From positions 124,001-188,000 of IMG/VR virus record IMGVR_UViG_3300028384_001500: a DNA stretch of 64,000 nt; one strand, written 5' to 3'. Position numbers and translations under genes: made by a program. Positions 39,148-48,728 of this stretch are shown piece after piece (within the stretch, counting starts at the first letter, position 1; every line of letters starts with the position of its first letter). The notes under the pieces are model-generated. The model ran no database searches, had not been told where the DNA came from, and worked only from the letters and a program-made list of their open reading frames with translations.

Positions 39148-40212
39148 TTAGATATCGTTTGCTGCATTAACAACTTTAACAACCTTACCACCTAAGAATT
39201 TGTGGAACTTTTTGATATTGTCAAGGTGTTTTGTTTCCATTAACATGTTCATAAAGTTAACCAACATTTCATCGGAACAACTATCAATAAATGATGAGGC
39301 TGTCTTTGCTTGAGTAACCGTTACATCATTTGTTTTTAAATAAGTAATTGTGATACTCAATAAGTCATTCTTTTTATCGTTTGTCAACTTATCAATTCGG
39401 CTTTTGACACCACCTTTGTCATTATGATAACGATTAAGCAAGTCTTTTGCACTAAACTTTGATTGGTGGTTTTTGACATAGTCACTAAAAGCAACTGTGC
39501 CAGCCTCGCCAATAAAACCTAACCCGATAGAGAAGATAAGACTGTCATAATCTTCACCACAGTGTGTAGATGGATCTAGGTTTGCGTGTTTAAGTGCTTT
39601 ATCAAATCGAGCCCATGATGCAGGATTAGGATAAACAATACCTGGTTCAAATGTACCAGTATGACGAAGTCGAGCAGGATATTTCTTAATAAACCCAATA
39701 GTAAGAGGGTCAATATTACCAACATTTTCAGCCCATTCTAACCAGTCATCAGTTGTTGGTTCTAAGTCAATAGACCAAAAACGACGAAGAAGAGCAGGAT
39801 CCATTTCAGTAACTTGGTAGTCGCTGCCTTCATTAACTGCTGCATAGACACGGGTTTCTGGGTGGAGCTTGTGACCGTTAAGTTCTCGATCCAATACAAT
39901 TTGGAAAGCACATTGTTGTACTTCTAAAGTTGCACGGTTAAGCTCATCGAAGAATAAGACTCGAGGTTCATTACAAGCTTCAATAAACCAATTGACTGGT
40001 GCAAATCTTGTTGTGCCATCGACCAATTCTGGAAGACCAATGAGGTCACCCTCTGTCATGTATGAAAGTCGTCGATCCAATACTTCTAATCCGATTTCTT
40101 TACCAATTTGGTGAAAGATATGTGATTTACCAATACCGGTTGGTCCTTTTACTAATACTGAAATTTCTGGTGGAAGGTTTGATACTACTTTTACGAAGGT
40201 TTTGATATCCAT
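39148..40212 (-). CDS. MoxR-like AAA+ ATPase
   Basis: GPTGIGKS, DLIGLP, LFFDELNRA, MDPALLRRF, NPASW. Confidence 0.9.
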   Translation of the reverse strand: MDIKTFVKVVSNLPPEISVLVKGPTGIGKSHIFHQIGKEIGLEVLDRRLSYMTEGDLIGLPELVDGTTRFAPVNWFIEACNEPRVLFFDELNRATLEVQQCAFQIVLDRELNGHKLHPETRVYAAVNEGSDYQVTEMDPALLRRFWSIDLEPTTDDWLEWAENVGNIDPLTIGFIKKYPARLRHTGTFEPGIVYPNPASWARFDKALKHANLDPSTHCGEDYDSLIFSIGLGFIGEAGTVAFSDYVKNHQSKFSAKDLLNRYHNDKGGVKSRIDKLTNDKKNDLLSITITYLKTNDVTVTQAKTASSFIDSCSDEMLVNFMNMLMETKHLDNIKKFHKFLGGKVVKVVNAANDI

Positions 40213-40243
40213 TATATCTCCTGGATGATTAGGTTGTGGTTAT

Positions 40244-40271
40244 ATTATATACAATTTTTATCATGGTTACA
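40244..40271 (-). promoter_or_regulatory. TGTAAC-N16-TATAAT promoter
   Basis: Same hexamers and spacing as the copies at 39107 and 40827. Confidence 0.75.
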
Positions 40272-40274
40272 TTT

Positions 40275-40796
40275 TTAGTCAACTTCAATTTTCTTAAGCC
40301 CTTTAGCGTATATCCATCTAAACCCACCTGTGGTAAGTATTTGATATTGTGTGTTATCTGTAACTACCCTTGAACCTGTATAATCGGCAATACCTCGATT
40401 ATCAATAGACTCTTTAACAATTATACCATATAAGTCTTCGCTTGCACCGTAGAGTCGACCTGGAAGTACAACTAAGTCTCCAATACCGCAGTTCCATTTC
40501 ATCTGTCGTCGTCTAGTTTTTGGTATCTTGCCTTTTACTTCTTTTTTAATCTTTCTAAGCTTTTGCTTTTGAGTTTGTTGAAGTTGACCTGATTGAGCTG
40601 CTTCTTGTCTTTGTTTTTCTAGGGCTGCTTTAACTTCTGCAAGAGTTGTTGGTACTTTTTCCTCTTCTGGTTGCTGTGTATTGCCACTTTCTTTTAAGCC
40701 AAGTTCTTCAATTTTCTTTTGGGCTTCTTCCTCAGCTTTTTGCTTACGAACTTTTTCTTTAATGGCTTTTAATTGTTGTCTATTTAACTTTGCCAT
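40275..40796 (-). CDS. Hypothetical protein: charged N terminus plus SH3/KOW-like C terminus
   Basis: AGGAGG RBS; IGDLVVL...GIIV beta pattern. Confidence 0.7.
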   Translation of the reverse strand: MAKLNRQQLKAIKEKVRKQKAEEEAQKKIEELGLKESGNTQQPEEEKVPTTLAEVKAALEKQRQEAAQSGQLQQTQKQKLRKIKKEVKGKIPKTRRRQMKWNCGIGDLVVLPGRLYGASEDLYGIIVKESIDNRGIADYTGSRVVTDNTQYQILTTGGFRWIYAKGLKKIEVD

Positions 40797-40826
40797 AACT
40801 ACCTCCTAAATTGGTTGGACAATACT

Positions 40827-40854
40827 ATTATATATGGTAGTATGTGCAGTTACA
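40827..40854 (-). promoter_or_regulatory. TGTAAC-N16-TATAAT promoter
   Basis: Third copy; shares spacer GCACATAC with the 39107 copy. Confidence 0.75.
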
Positions 40855-40857
40855 CTT

Positions 40858-42126
40858 TTACAAAAGTTTGTTAATTTTATCAGGTTGCATGTGCGCAACA
40901 ATATTATCTATGTACCTGTCACCAATCATGGTATTGACCTTTTCAAAGTCAAAATCACAATCTGATGCTAGTATAATCCTACCAGAACGACCGTTACCGT
41001 CACAAAATGGATGTATGTATTCATAAAGAATATGTCGTAACCACGGATGACTAGAGTGCGCATGACATTTCTTAAGCTTTTGATTTAATTCATAAGGTTC
41101 CGGATATTGACACCCTGATGGTGAACTATGTGAATAGTTTCTAAACTCACCCGGTGATCCTTTCTCTAATATATTTTGATCAAAACACTTGTGAATATGA
41201 CAGATTTTATGATTATTGTCAATCTTACCTAGTTTATTTGCCATGACTAAACCGTTAATCTGAGAATTGATGTGAGGGCAGTTTGTAATATGTTTAGGTG
41301 GTACGCCCATCATTAAGTATTTTGCTGCTTCAAAGCAGTCGCTATATTCTAAATTAAACTTTTCAATTCCTGACGTTCTTTGCAAGAAATAAGCCAGATC
41401 ATGACATGTATCTTTGAGATTGTCACTTTTAGATCTAAGTTTTTCTGCAAAATTTTTATAATGTTTTTTAGATAGAGTCTTGTCAATATTACTAGCATTT
41501 TCGTTGTTGAATATATCAGCTAACGTTTCTCCTATAAGCCTTCCGTATTCTACATCTGTTGGATAGTGTACAGCATTTTCTATTCTTGACTGCCCTATTA
41601 ACGATGATAAGGTTTGCAAATCTTGTTTTATTTCTGGTATCGCATTTGAAAGTACATCACAAAGAAAGTATGCAATTGCTGTATGCCCGGATGGAAACGA
41701 CGGTGACTTTTTATATTTAACTTTCAAGTCTTTGTCAGCATCTTTAAGATAATGTATAGGGCGAGGCCTATTATTGTCATATTTTAATTTTAAAACAACG
41801 GTATCAACGTCGTCTAAAACATCCTTAATTTTCTTCCAGTCTATGTTTCGATATCCGTTTTCTTTACAATAAGACCTAAATATGTCTTCAACACTATCAT
41901 CAGAGTTTTTAAGAAAAGAAGTCGACATGCAAGGATTATTATGACACCGTTGGACTTCTTCTATGTCTGATTTAAATCCTTTTGTATTTTCAGCTGGGTG
42001 CTTTAAGACAGGTAATCTATCCATGCAATCGTGGGGAAGATATCTATATCTTCTGGACATTCTATCAGCATGCCCTTTATCAATATCTAATTTTGTTTCC
42101 TCAAATAGATTTAAAATAGATCTCAT
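40858..42126 (-). CDS. PAP2-family phosphatase fused to a Fic domain
   Basis: KYDNNRPRP, SFPSGH, SRIENAVHYPTD (three PAP2 motifs); C-terminal HPFCDGNGRSGR (canonical Fic motif). Confidence 0.85.
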   Translation of the reverse strand: MRSILNLFEETKLDIDKGHADRMSRRYRYLPHDCMDRLPVLKHPAENTKGFKSDIEEVQRCHNNPCMSTSFLKNSDDSVEDIFRSYCKENGYRNIDWKKIKDVLDDVDTVVLKLKYDNNRPRPIHYLKDADKDLKVKYKKSPSFPSGHTAIAYFLCDVLSNAIPEIKQDLQTLSSLIGQSRIENAVHYPTDVEYGRLIGETLADIFNNENASNIDKTLSKKHYKNFAEKLRSKSDNLKDTCHDLAYFLQRTSGIEKFNLEYSDCFEAAKYLMMGVPPKHITNCPHINSQINGLVMANKLGKIDNNHKICHIHKCFDQNILEKGSPGEFRNYSHSSPSGCQYPEPYELNQKLKKCHAHSSHPWLRHILYEYIHPFCDGNGRSGRIILASDCDFDFEKVNTMIGDRYIDNIVAHMQPDKINKLL

Positions 42127-42845
42127 TAATACTCATCGTGAAAGTCATAGTCTAAAGAGTGATATACTTCTGATATATCATCTGCAATTTGTGCAATTTT
42201 TGTACGTTGCCAGTCATCTAATTCATATCCGTCAGGGATCATTTGTAAAAGTTTTTGTGAGTATTTTGCAACCTTATACAATGACGGTTTTGCCATGTAA
42301 TTATTATTGTGATATTTATGCCCGTCTAATTTACCGTCATGATCATGATGATGTTTATACGCATCGACTGCATATCCTGCTCCAGTTAAAGTACCTAAAG
42401 CATTACCAATCATACCCATTGTATCTATTGAATAATCTGATCCGTCGTCTGAGCATCCTGCACATGTGCCGCATCCGCAACCTCCTTCATTCAGCATTTC
42501 ACCCATGTAACCGCATTCCATGCATTCACCTTCGTACATTGAACCACCACATTGCTCACACATTTTGCCTTCTAAAATAGAAGACTCCATTGCACCACAC
42601 TGTTCACACATGCCTTCAAATACTGAGTTGCTTCCACACTTGTGACAGCTACTTCCTCCACCGAAGTCATCAAAAGAGTCGACATGTTTTGTTAAATTTA
42701 GATTATGAGGAGCACGTGCTTGTGAACGATATCCTGTATCTCTGTAGCTGTCTTTTCCTCGGGCGATTAATGCGTCTTCTCCTACCATTTTTGCCATTTC
42801 TTGCATGATCAAACGCCTAATCATGTTTTTTGATAATTTGCTCAT
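42126..42845 (-). CDS. Leader-bearing Cys-rich protein with zinc-ribbon-like repeats and a helical C-terminal domain
   Basis: KLSKNMIRRLIMQE; repeated CxxCG; His-rich linker. Confidence 0.7.
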   Translation of the reverse strand: MSKLSKNMIRRLIMQEMAKMVGEDALIARGKDSYRDTGYRSQARAPHNLNLTKHVDSFDDFGGGSSCHKCGSNSVFEGMCEQCGAMESSILEGKMCEQCGGSMYEGECMECGYMGEMLNEGGCGCGTCAGCSDDGSDYSIDTMGMIGNALGTLTGAGYAVDAYKHHHDHDGKLDGHKYHNNNYMAKPSLYKVAKYSQKLLQMIPDGYELDDWQRTKIAQIADDISEVYHSLDYDFHDEY

Positions 42846-42853
42846 TTTATCTC

Positions 42854-43819
42854 CTAAAATATAGATCCTGAACTGATATTCTTTATTAAATATTCAATTC
42901 TATCAGATATTTCATACTTCTTGGCGTTTTGTATATAAAATTTTACTTCTTCCTTTGTCATGTCACCAAAGTCTTTTTCTTTATGATCACATATTTTAAC
43001 ATCAATACCAAAAGAAGTTAAGTTTTTTGCTATTTTCATTGTTTTCTGGATAGCATCAGGGTCCATACCTAGAATAACAGAAGAATTATTTTTTACTATT
43101 TTTTGAAAAACATAGTGACTTTCATCAATCCAACTTCCTAAAATAGGTATAGTATTCTCAATTGACTTTATTGCGTCAAAAACACCTTCTACCAAAACGA
43201 TAGGTTGCGACCAATCTATTAAATGCTCATTAAAAATAATTTCTGTTTTCTTTCCGTCACAATTTTTGTATTTTCTAAAAGAATTTTCATCATAACTTCT
43301 TGATAGGTAGAAGTTAAGTTTCATGTCTTCTGAAAATGACGGAATGATAATTCTGTTAATATATTCGCTTTCGTTACTTATTCCTATTTTAAACCTTAAA
43401 AGATCATCAGAATTACATCCTCGTTTGTGCAGATAACGTTTAGCAATCTTACCTTGAATCGTATTGTCTAAATATAATAACTTAAAGTCTGAAGGAAGTC
43501 TGATTATTACTTCTTTTTGTTTTTCTACTTCTTGTTGTAGGTTAAATGCTTCGGATAACTTTGCTTTAGTCTGTGTGTCAATGTGAGCATTTTTAAATGC
43601 AAATGACGCAACATTTTTACCTTTTGACTCGCAAACCCAACAGTGATATATTCCTTTTTCTAAACATATTGATAACTTTTTCTTTTTTGAGCTAGTTCTG
43701 CTATTTTCTTTACATATCGGACAAGAAACAGATACATTTTTACCGCTATTTGCTAAAGATGATTCACCAAATGCAGCCTCAATTAAAGATATTTTTTCTT
43801 GCTTTGTCGTAATTTCCAT
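42854..43819 (-). CDS. DNA primase
   Basis: CPIC...HCWVC zinc finger, RIIIP, KYKN, TOPRIM VEGVFDA and DPDA. Confidence 0.9.
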   Translation of the reverse strand: MEITTKQEKISLIEAAFGESSLANSGKNVSVSCPICKENSRTSSKKKKLSICLEKGIYHCWVCESKGKNVASFAFKNAHIDTQTKAKLSEAFNLQQEVEKQKEVIIRLPSDFKLLYLDNTIQGKIAKRYLHKRGCNSDDLLRFKIGISNESEYINRIIIPSFSEDMKLNFYLSRSYDENSFRKYKNCDGKKTEIIFNEHLIDWSQPIVLVEGVFDAIKSIENTIPILGSWIDESHYVFQKIVKNNSSVILGMDPDAIQKTMKIAKNLTSFGIDVKICDHKEKDFGDMTKEEVKFYIQNAKKYEISDRIEYLIKNISSGSIF

Positions 43820-43843
43820 ATTACAACAGTAACTAGTTACTAT

Positions 43844-44383
43844 TTAAATTACAAAATAAGCTTTACCAATTACATAAGCATCAGCCATATCATAACAAGC
43901 GTCCAGTCTTCTAACTTGTCCTTTATTTCTACCTGATTTAAGAATTTTAGTTGGCCAGGACAACTCAGGCCTGTCATTCATTACCCATTCAAGCACTTTT
44001 TCTTTTGTTGTTTTAGACTTATCTTTTTTATCTATTTTAAGATTGACTGATTTTCTAGCAGTGTTAACATTGATTGCTTCTGACTCTAGTCCAAACAGCT
44101 CATAACATATCCATCTAACTGTACCATTAAATTGTGCTAGCGTCATTAGCGTCTTAGCAGAAGATAATCCTGGCCTAAAAGCTTGTAAATTTTCTTCAAC
44201 AGCTATATATTTAATTTCGTAATTCTCTTTGATTTTAGACATTACACGTTTAATTTCTTTAGCTTTTTCATAAAAGCCTTTATGTTTACGTAAGTCAATA
44301 TAGTTAATTAATTCTAGATCATTCTGATCATTAAAAATACAATATCCGGTACAGCTAGTTGATATATCTAGTGACAATAGCAT
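43844..44383 (-). CDS. RuvC-like Holliday junction resolvase
   Basis: LSLDISTSCTG, AVEE, DMADAYVIG. Confidence 0.85.
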   Translation of the reverse strand: MLLSLDISTSCTGYCIFNDQNDLELINYIDLRKHKGFYEKAKEIKRVMSKIKENYEIKYIAVEENLQAFRPGLSSAKTLMTLAQFNGTVRWICYELFGLESEAINVNTARKSVNLKIDKKDKSKTTKEKVLEWVMNDRPELSWPTKILKSGRNKGQVRRLDACYDMADAYVIGKAYFVI

Positions 44384-46731
44384 TAAAAATCCTCTTTTAG
44401 TCTTATAACAAATTCATCTTCTTCAGTCTTAAAAATAGGCTGTGAAAAGTTTGCTTTCATTATAATATTAAAGTTATTGTCATGAATGTTAACTGTAGTA
44501 ACGTATAGAGTGGATAAATCTTCATCGTTTGCACCATTTGAAGGTTGTATTACCTCAAAAGTTGGGTTTGAAGATGATGTAAACAATTCTTTAAATGCCG
44601 GAATATTTAATATCATTGTATGCAGGTTTTGTTCACCTCTAAATGTCACGTTTGTCTCATTCTTATTAAAGAATAAAAGGTGAGGTGACTTAACAACAGC
44701 CATCCCTTCATCATACAGTACAGTTCCTACATTATTCCATTTAGCATGCGGTGTTAAAGAGTCAGCACGATATAATGATCCGCGCTCATTATCTTTAAGT
44801 TTAATTTTAATTTTACCATCCGAACCTGTTAAGTCTTTTTCATATAACTCAAATGATCCAGGATGGATTCTGTTACCGTAATAAAGATTAGATATATCGT
44901 ATATAACAATTTCATTACTACTTCTATCACGTGTTCTCTGTGCTATTGTTAGAACTGCACCTTGATTCACACCTGGATTCTGAGAACTAGCAGACATCAC
45001 CTTGTCATAAAAACTTCCGCTCGTTGCAACTAAGCCCGGGTATAAAGAACTGCTAGGTATTAAATTCTCTAAACTAATAATAGAGTAGTCTGCTAAGCCC
45101 GCAGTCTTTAATGGGTCTTGATGAAACTTTCCGCTAGCCGACATAGGTGATGAAGATAATGCATAAAAGTTAGGTGTAAACAATCCATTATCATTTGGCA
45201 ATATTGTCATGTTTCTTTTTTTGTGAGATCCGGTGTGATAAATAAACTGATCTGCAGTTATATTTTCTATAGTTTGATCAAAGACTTCAGGAAAAAGACC
45301 AAAAAGCCTAGGATTCGTTTCATTAACAAATTCTCGGGTAAAATTCTCTAAATTAATAGACTTGCCGTTTGCACCGTAAGAAAAAGCAACATTAAAAGGA
45401 TCGTCAGTTGTGCTGGTAATTTTTTGAAAAGGTGAAACTAGCACCTCTCTTTCAGGTGTGGTTGGGTAAAAGAAAGGTGGGACATAGAATACTAAATTGT
45501 TAAAATTAGAAGGCCCTCTATTTTTAGCTTCTTCTCGTTCTGTTTCTAATATTGTTTCAGGGTTTGACAAGACTTTGTTATATAGTTTTATTTCGTGAAT
45601 TTCAGCATTTAGAGGGTGCGAAAAAGTATCATCATTAACTGATGGCGCGCTTCCCGGGTGATTAATACTAGTAAAACCTTCTGTGGTTGATAAGTCATCT
45701 CTGAGTAAATTTGCTAAATTTGAATCTGTGCCATTATAGTAGTTACCAACAACAACACCTGAAGGTTCCAAGTCTTCATTAGCAGATAAGGATGAAGAAG
45801 GTACATAAAAATTAGTTTCATTATCATCGATAAATATTGATCCTGATGAATTATTTTTAGTATTACCCCATTGAATACAAATATGGTGCCAATTATTTTT
45901 GGTCAAAGAGTGTGATGAAGTAAATATTAAGTCATTAGGATAATTACCTGCCGGGCTCGAAAGATTAATTTCTGAAGGTTTAGTATCAGCACTTTGACTA
46001 AGTTGCAATAAAACTTTAAAATCGTTCGGATTATTGTCTTTATCCAGTGAAGACCCGGAAACTATTGACACAGCAATCGAAGAAGAAATGTGAAAAACAG
46101 TTCCTGACTTGTAATCTGAATTAGTATATCTAGGATTAATCCAAAAATTTAAACTAAATTCATCAGGAAGACTGTATACTCCTGTTCCATTTTCAGAAAC
46201 GTTAGGGTATATCAACGCCGATCCAGTAGGAACAGTATCGCTAGTAAAAAAATTAAGAGTGTGATAATTTGAGTAAGTAAAAGCGCAGTTGTCATATCTA
46301 TGTTGATGATGAGGCATTAACACGTTTTTTACAATATTTTTAACTGTCCTGTTTGAGTTAAAGAGAACAGGCATGTCAAACCTAAACATGTCAATTGTTT
46401 TAGTAAATTTTTCAATCTTATCTGCATTATTAACTGTGTCCAAATAAGACTGTGCTAGCCCCAAAGACATTGTATTGTTTTGTAGTGTATTAAGTACATT
46501 TTGAGGACTGGTGTAGAGAGAAATTAAAGCTTCGCCTAAAGTAACGGTACCATCATTATTTAAATCAAAATTAGAAGGAACTGCTTGTTTTAAACACTTT
46601 GATCTGTGAGGGGCAACAAAATTAGAACCGGTAACTCCTCCTCCCACAGATGAAGATATAAAACTTACATTGGGCTTAAGATTAAGCCCAACATACTCAA
46701 AATTGTTTTTGTCTATTTTAACAAATGACAT
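44383..46731 (-). CDS. Baseplate/tail structural protein with a LamG-like domain
   Basis: FSLNFWINP, NNWHHICIQW, EIHEIKLYN; C terminus paralogous to 46740..47933. Confidence 0.65.
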   Translation of the reverse strand: MSFVKIDKNNFEYVGLNLKPNVSFISSSVGGGVTGSNFVAPHRSKCLKQAVPSNFDLNNDGTVTLGEALISLYTSPQNVLNTLQNNTMSLGLAQSYLDTVNNADKIEKFTKTIDMFRFDMPVLFNSNRTVKNIVKNVLMPHHQHRYDNCAFTYSNYHTLNFFTSDTVPTGSALIYPNVSENGTGVYSLPDEFSLNFWINPRYTNSDYKSGTVFHISSSIAVSIVSGSSLDKDNNPNDFKVLLQLSQSADTKPSEINLSSPAGNYPNDLIFTSSHSLTKNNWHHICIQWGNTKNNSSGSIFIDDNETNFYVPSSSLSANEDLEPSGVVVGNYYNGTDSNLANLLRDDLSTTEGFTSINHPGSAPSVNDDTFSHPLNAEIHEIKLYNKVLSNPETILETEREEAKNRGPSNFNNLVFYVPPFFYPTTPEREVLVSPFQKITSTTDDPFNVAFSYGANGKSINLENFTREFVNETNPRLFGLFPEVFDQTIENITADQFIYHTGSHKKRNMTILPNDNGLFTPNFYALSSSPMSASGKFHQDPLKTAGLADYSIISLENLIPSSSLYPGLVATSGSFYDKVMSASSQNPGVNQGAVLTIAQRTRDRSSNEIVIYDISNLYYGNRIHPGSFELYEKDLTGSDGKIKIKLKDNERGSLYRADSLTPHAKWNNVGTVLYDEGMAVVKSPHLLFFNKNETNVTFRGEQNLHTMILNIPAFKELFTSSSNPTFEVIQPSNGANDEDLSTLYVTTVNIHDNNFNIIMKANFSQPIFKTEEDEFVIRLKEDF

Positions 46732-46739
46732 TGATTACC

Positions 46740-47933
46740 TTAAAAGTCTAGTCTAACTCTAAAGGTCAAATCTTTTTCATCGTTCTTTTCTACCGGGCGA
46801 CTCAATTTTGCAACAGCTAAAAGTTCTTCATTTGCATCATAAAGACCTACAGTTGTAACAAAAGAAAATGACTTTTGAATATCTTCTTGGCCTGAATCGA
46901 TTACTCTAATTCTTCCTTCTGAGTTAGTATAAGATGGGTTTGTTGAGAAATTGAACTCATCTGCTGTTGCTCTACAAAAGTAAAGAGTAGAGTTAATTTT
47001 TGTATTATTTTGAAAAGTTAATGTTGTGTTTGAACCTGAACCAAATCGAGTTGCTGAAATATGCTCCAATACATCATCAATAGAAGCTGAAACTACAAAA
47101 TCAGGAATAAAGGCTCCCGACATTGGTGTAGATGATACTGATCCTACTGAGCTAATTGAACCGGTCATTATCTGGTTTCCATTAAACACCTTTTTCATGT
47201 CAAAAACTGCGACTCCTTGCTGGTAAAACATAAGGCCTACTGTTTCAGAAGTGTTTGCTGCGTTAACAATATTACCCACATCGCCACCTGTTGATGATCT
47301 TTCGACACTAGTTGAGGATCCTACGTCAGTAAAGATGGCTGATCCGGTTGTGGGATTCGTTGCTGTAATCGTTAAATTAACTGGGTTTGCGTCAGTTACA
47401 TGCCCATTTGATGAACTTTGAAACATTTTAATTGCAAAAGTCTCTCTTTTAACGCCATCTCGCACAAAAAGTCTTTTAAAAGAAATAAACAATGCTTCAT
47501 CAATTTCATCTGTTCCTGCTGTAGCATTTGAAAAAGGCGCAGTAAATCTTTCAGTACTACTCCCTAAAAGAAGCTGAGAAAACTGTTTATAAATGTTGAC
47601 TTTTTCACGCATCATTAATGACTGGGATGGGAAGAGAAACTTACCATTTGCATCTATATCTGATCTAGATCCTGTAACTGCCTCACTGTTATAGTAAAGG
47701 CCCATTGTTACATCAAAAAGCTCATTTGCAGTTTGAAGTGTGTAATTTTGATCATAGACTGTATGAAACAAAGACGAGGTAACAGCATTGTCACCTGAAC
47801 TAGTTACAAATACTTGGAATTTTTTTCTAGTATTTGATCCGGAAATATCCTCTTCTACAAAATCGACTAATTGATTCAAGACAGATGTTGTTTCTTTAAT
47901 GTCATCTGAAGATATTGTTTTAAATGTTGCCAT
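46740..47933 (-). CDS. Baseplate / tail-fibre attachment structural protein
   Basis: C-terminal TTVGLYDANEELLAVAKLSRPVEK...RVRLDF. Confidence 0.65.
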   Translation of the reverse strand: MATFKTISSDDIKETTSVLNQLVDFVEEDISGSNTRKKFQVFVTSSGDNAVTSSLFHTVYDQNYTLQTANELFDVTMGLYYNSEAVTGSRSDIDANGKFLFPSQSLMMREKVNIYKQFSQLLLGSSTERFTAPFSNATAGTDEIDEALFISFKRLFVRDGVKRETFAIKMFQSSSNGHVTDANPVNLTITATNPTTGSAIFTDVGSSTSVERSSTGGDVGNIVNAANTSETVGLMFYQQGVAVFDMKKVFNGNQIMTGSISSVGSVSSTPMSGAFIPDFVVSASIDDVLEHISATRFGSGSNTTLTFQNNTKINSTLYFCRATADEFNFSTNPSYTNSEGRIRVIDSGQEDIQKSFSFVTTVGLYDANEELLAVAKLSRPVEKNDEKDLTFRVRLDF

Positions 47934-47944
47934 GCTTTATTCCT

Positions 47945-48670
47945 TTAGTTTTCTATTCTTACTTCAAAAGTTGATGTAATACCTGAATTTATACCAGTTA
48001 CTTTAATAAATGTCTTGATAAAGTTTCCACCCGAAGTACTATATACGTTAAATGTTGTATCTGTCATTTCTTTAAGCGACAAGTTGAAAGAAGTTGTTGC
48101 GCTTACATTTCCTGCGCCTACACTTGCTCCTTTTTCATAAACAGAGATATTATCAGTATAAACAATATCAGGCGATTCATTGTCAATTTTTAAGAAAATG
48201 TTGTTAACTTCAATTCTAAATGAACTATCTATTAACTGAACATCAACATCAGGCGTTCCTGCAGCTGGTGAAACCTCTATATTAATAGTTTTTGTTTTGT
48301 TTGCGCCTGTTGCATTAGTTCGCTTAAAGACTGGAATTGATGCGCCTGTACCTGTTACTGTCTCTGTATTGGCAGTGATTGTAAATTGTGGAAAATGTGT
48401 GACAAATTCATTATCAATACTGACTAATTTATTTTTCAAGGCAAGACTTCCTGCTGTTAATGCCTCTAAAATAGGTGTGTTTTTCTCAATTTTTTCCTTG
48501 CCAACAGTCCTCCCAAAGTGCTCAATTAACTCGTAGTCTACTTCATCGTCTCCTAAAGCAAATTGAAATACTTGAAAAGATCCATCGTTTCTTGCTAACG
48601 CTCTTCTTCCTGCATCAGTCAATACAGCATCAACAATAATATTGTTGGTAGAATGATCTAAAAATCCCAT
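47945..48670 (-). CDS. Baseplate/tail structural protein
   Basis: DAVLTDAGRRALA..FALGDDEVDY..PILEA. Confidence 0.65.
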   Translation of the reverse strand: MGFLDHSTNNIIVDAVLTDAGRRALARNDGSFQVFQFALGDDEVDYELIEHFGRTVGKEKIEKNTPILEALTAGSLALKNKLVSIDNEFVTHFPQFTITANTETVTGTGASIPVFKRTNATGANKTKTINIEVSPAAGTPDVDVQLIDSSFRIEVNNIFLKIDNESPDIVYTDNISVYEKGASVGAGNVSATTSFNLSLKEMTDTTFNVYSTSGGNFIKTFIKVTGINSGITSTFEVRIEN

Positions 48671-48728
48671 GTAATTCTCCGGTTATTTTTGTATAATTAT
48701 ATGTTTAATTATCAGCGTAGTAAATTTT

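Noticed and set aside
41963-42580. 205-aa plus-strand ORF and the other short antisense ORFs in the track
   Set aside because: Antisense shadows of well-supported minus-strand genes, with no RBS or motifs.
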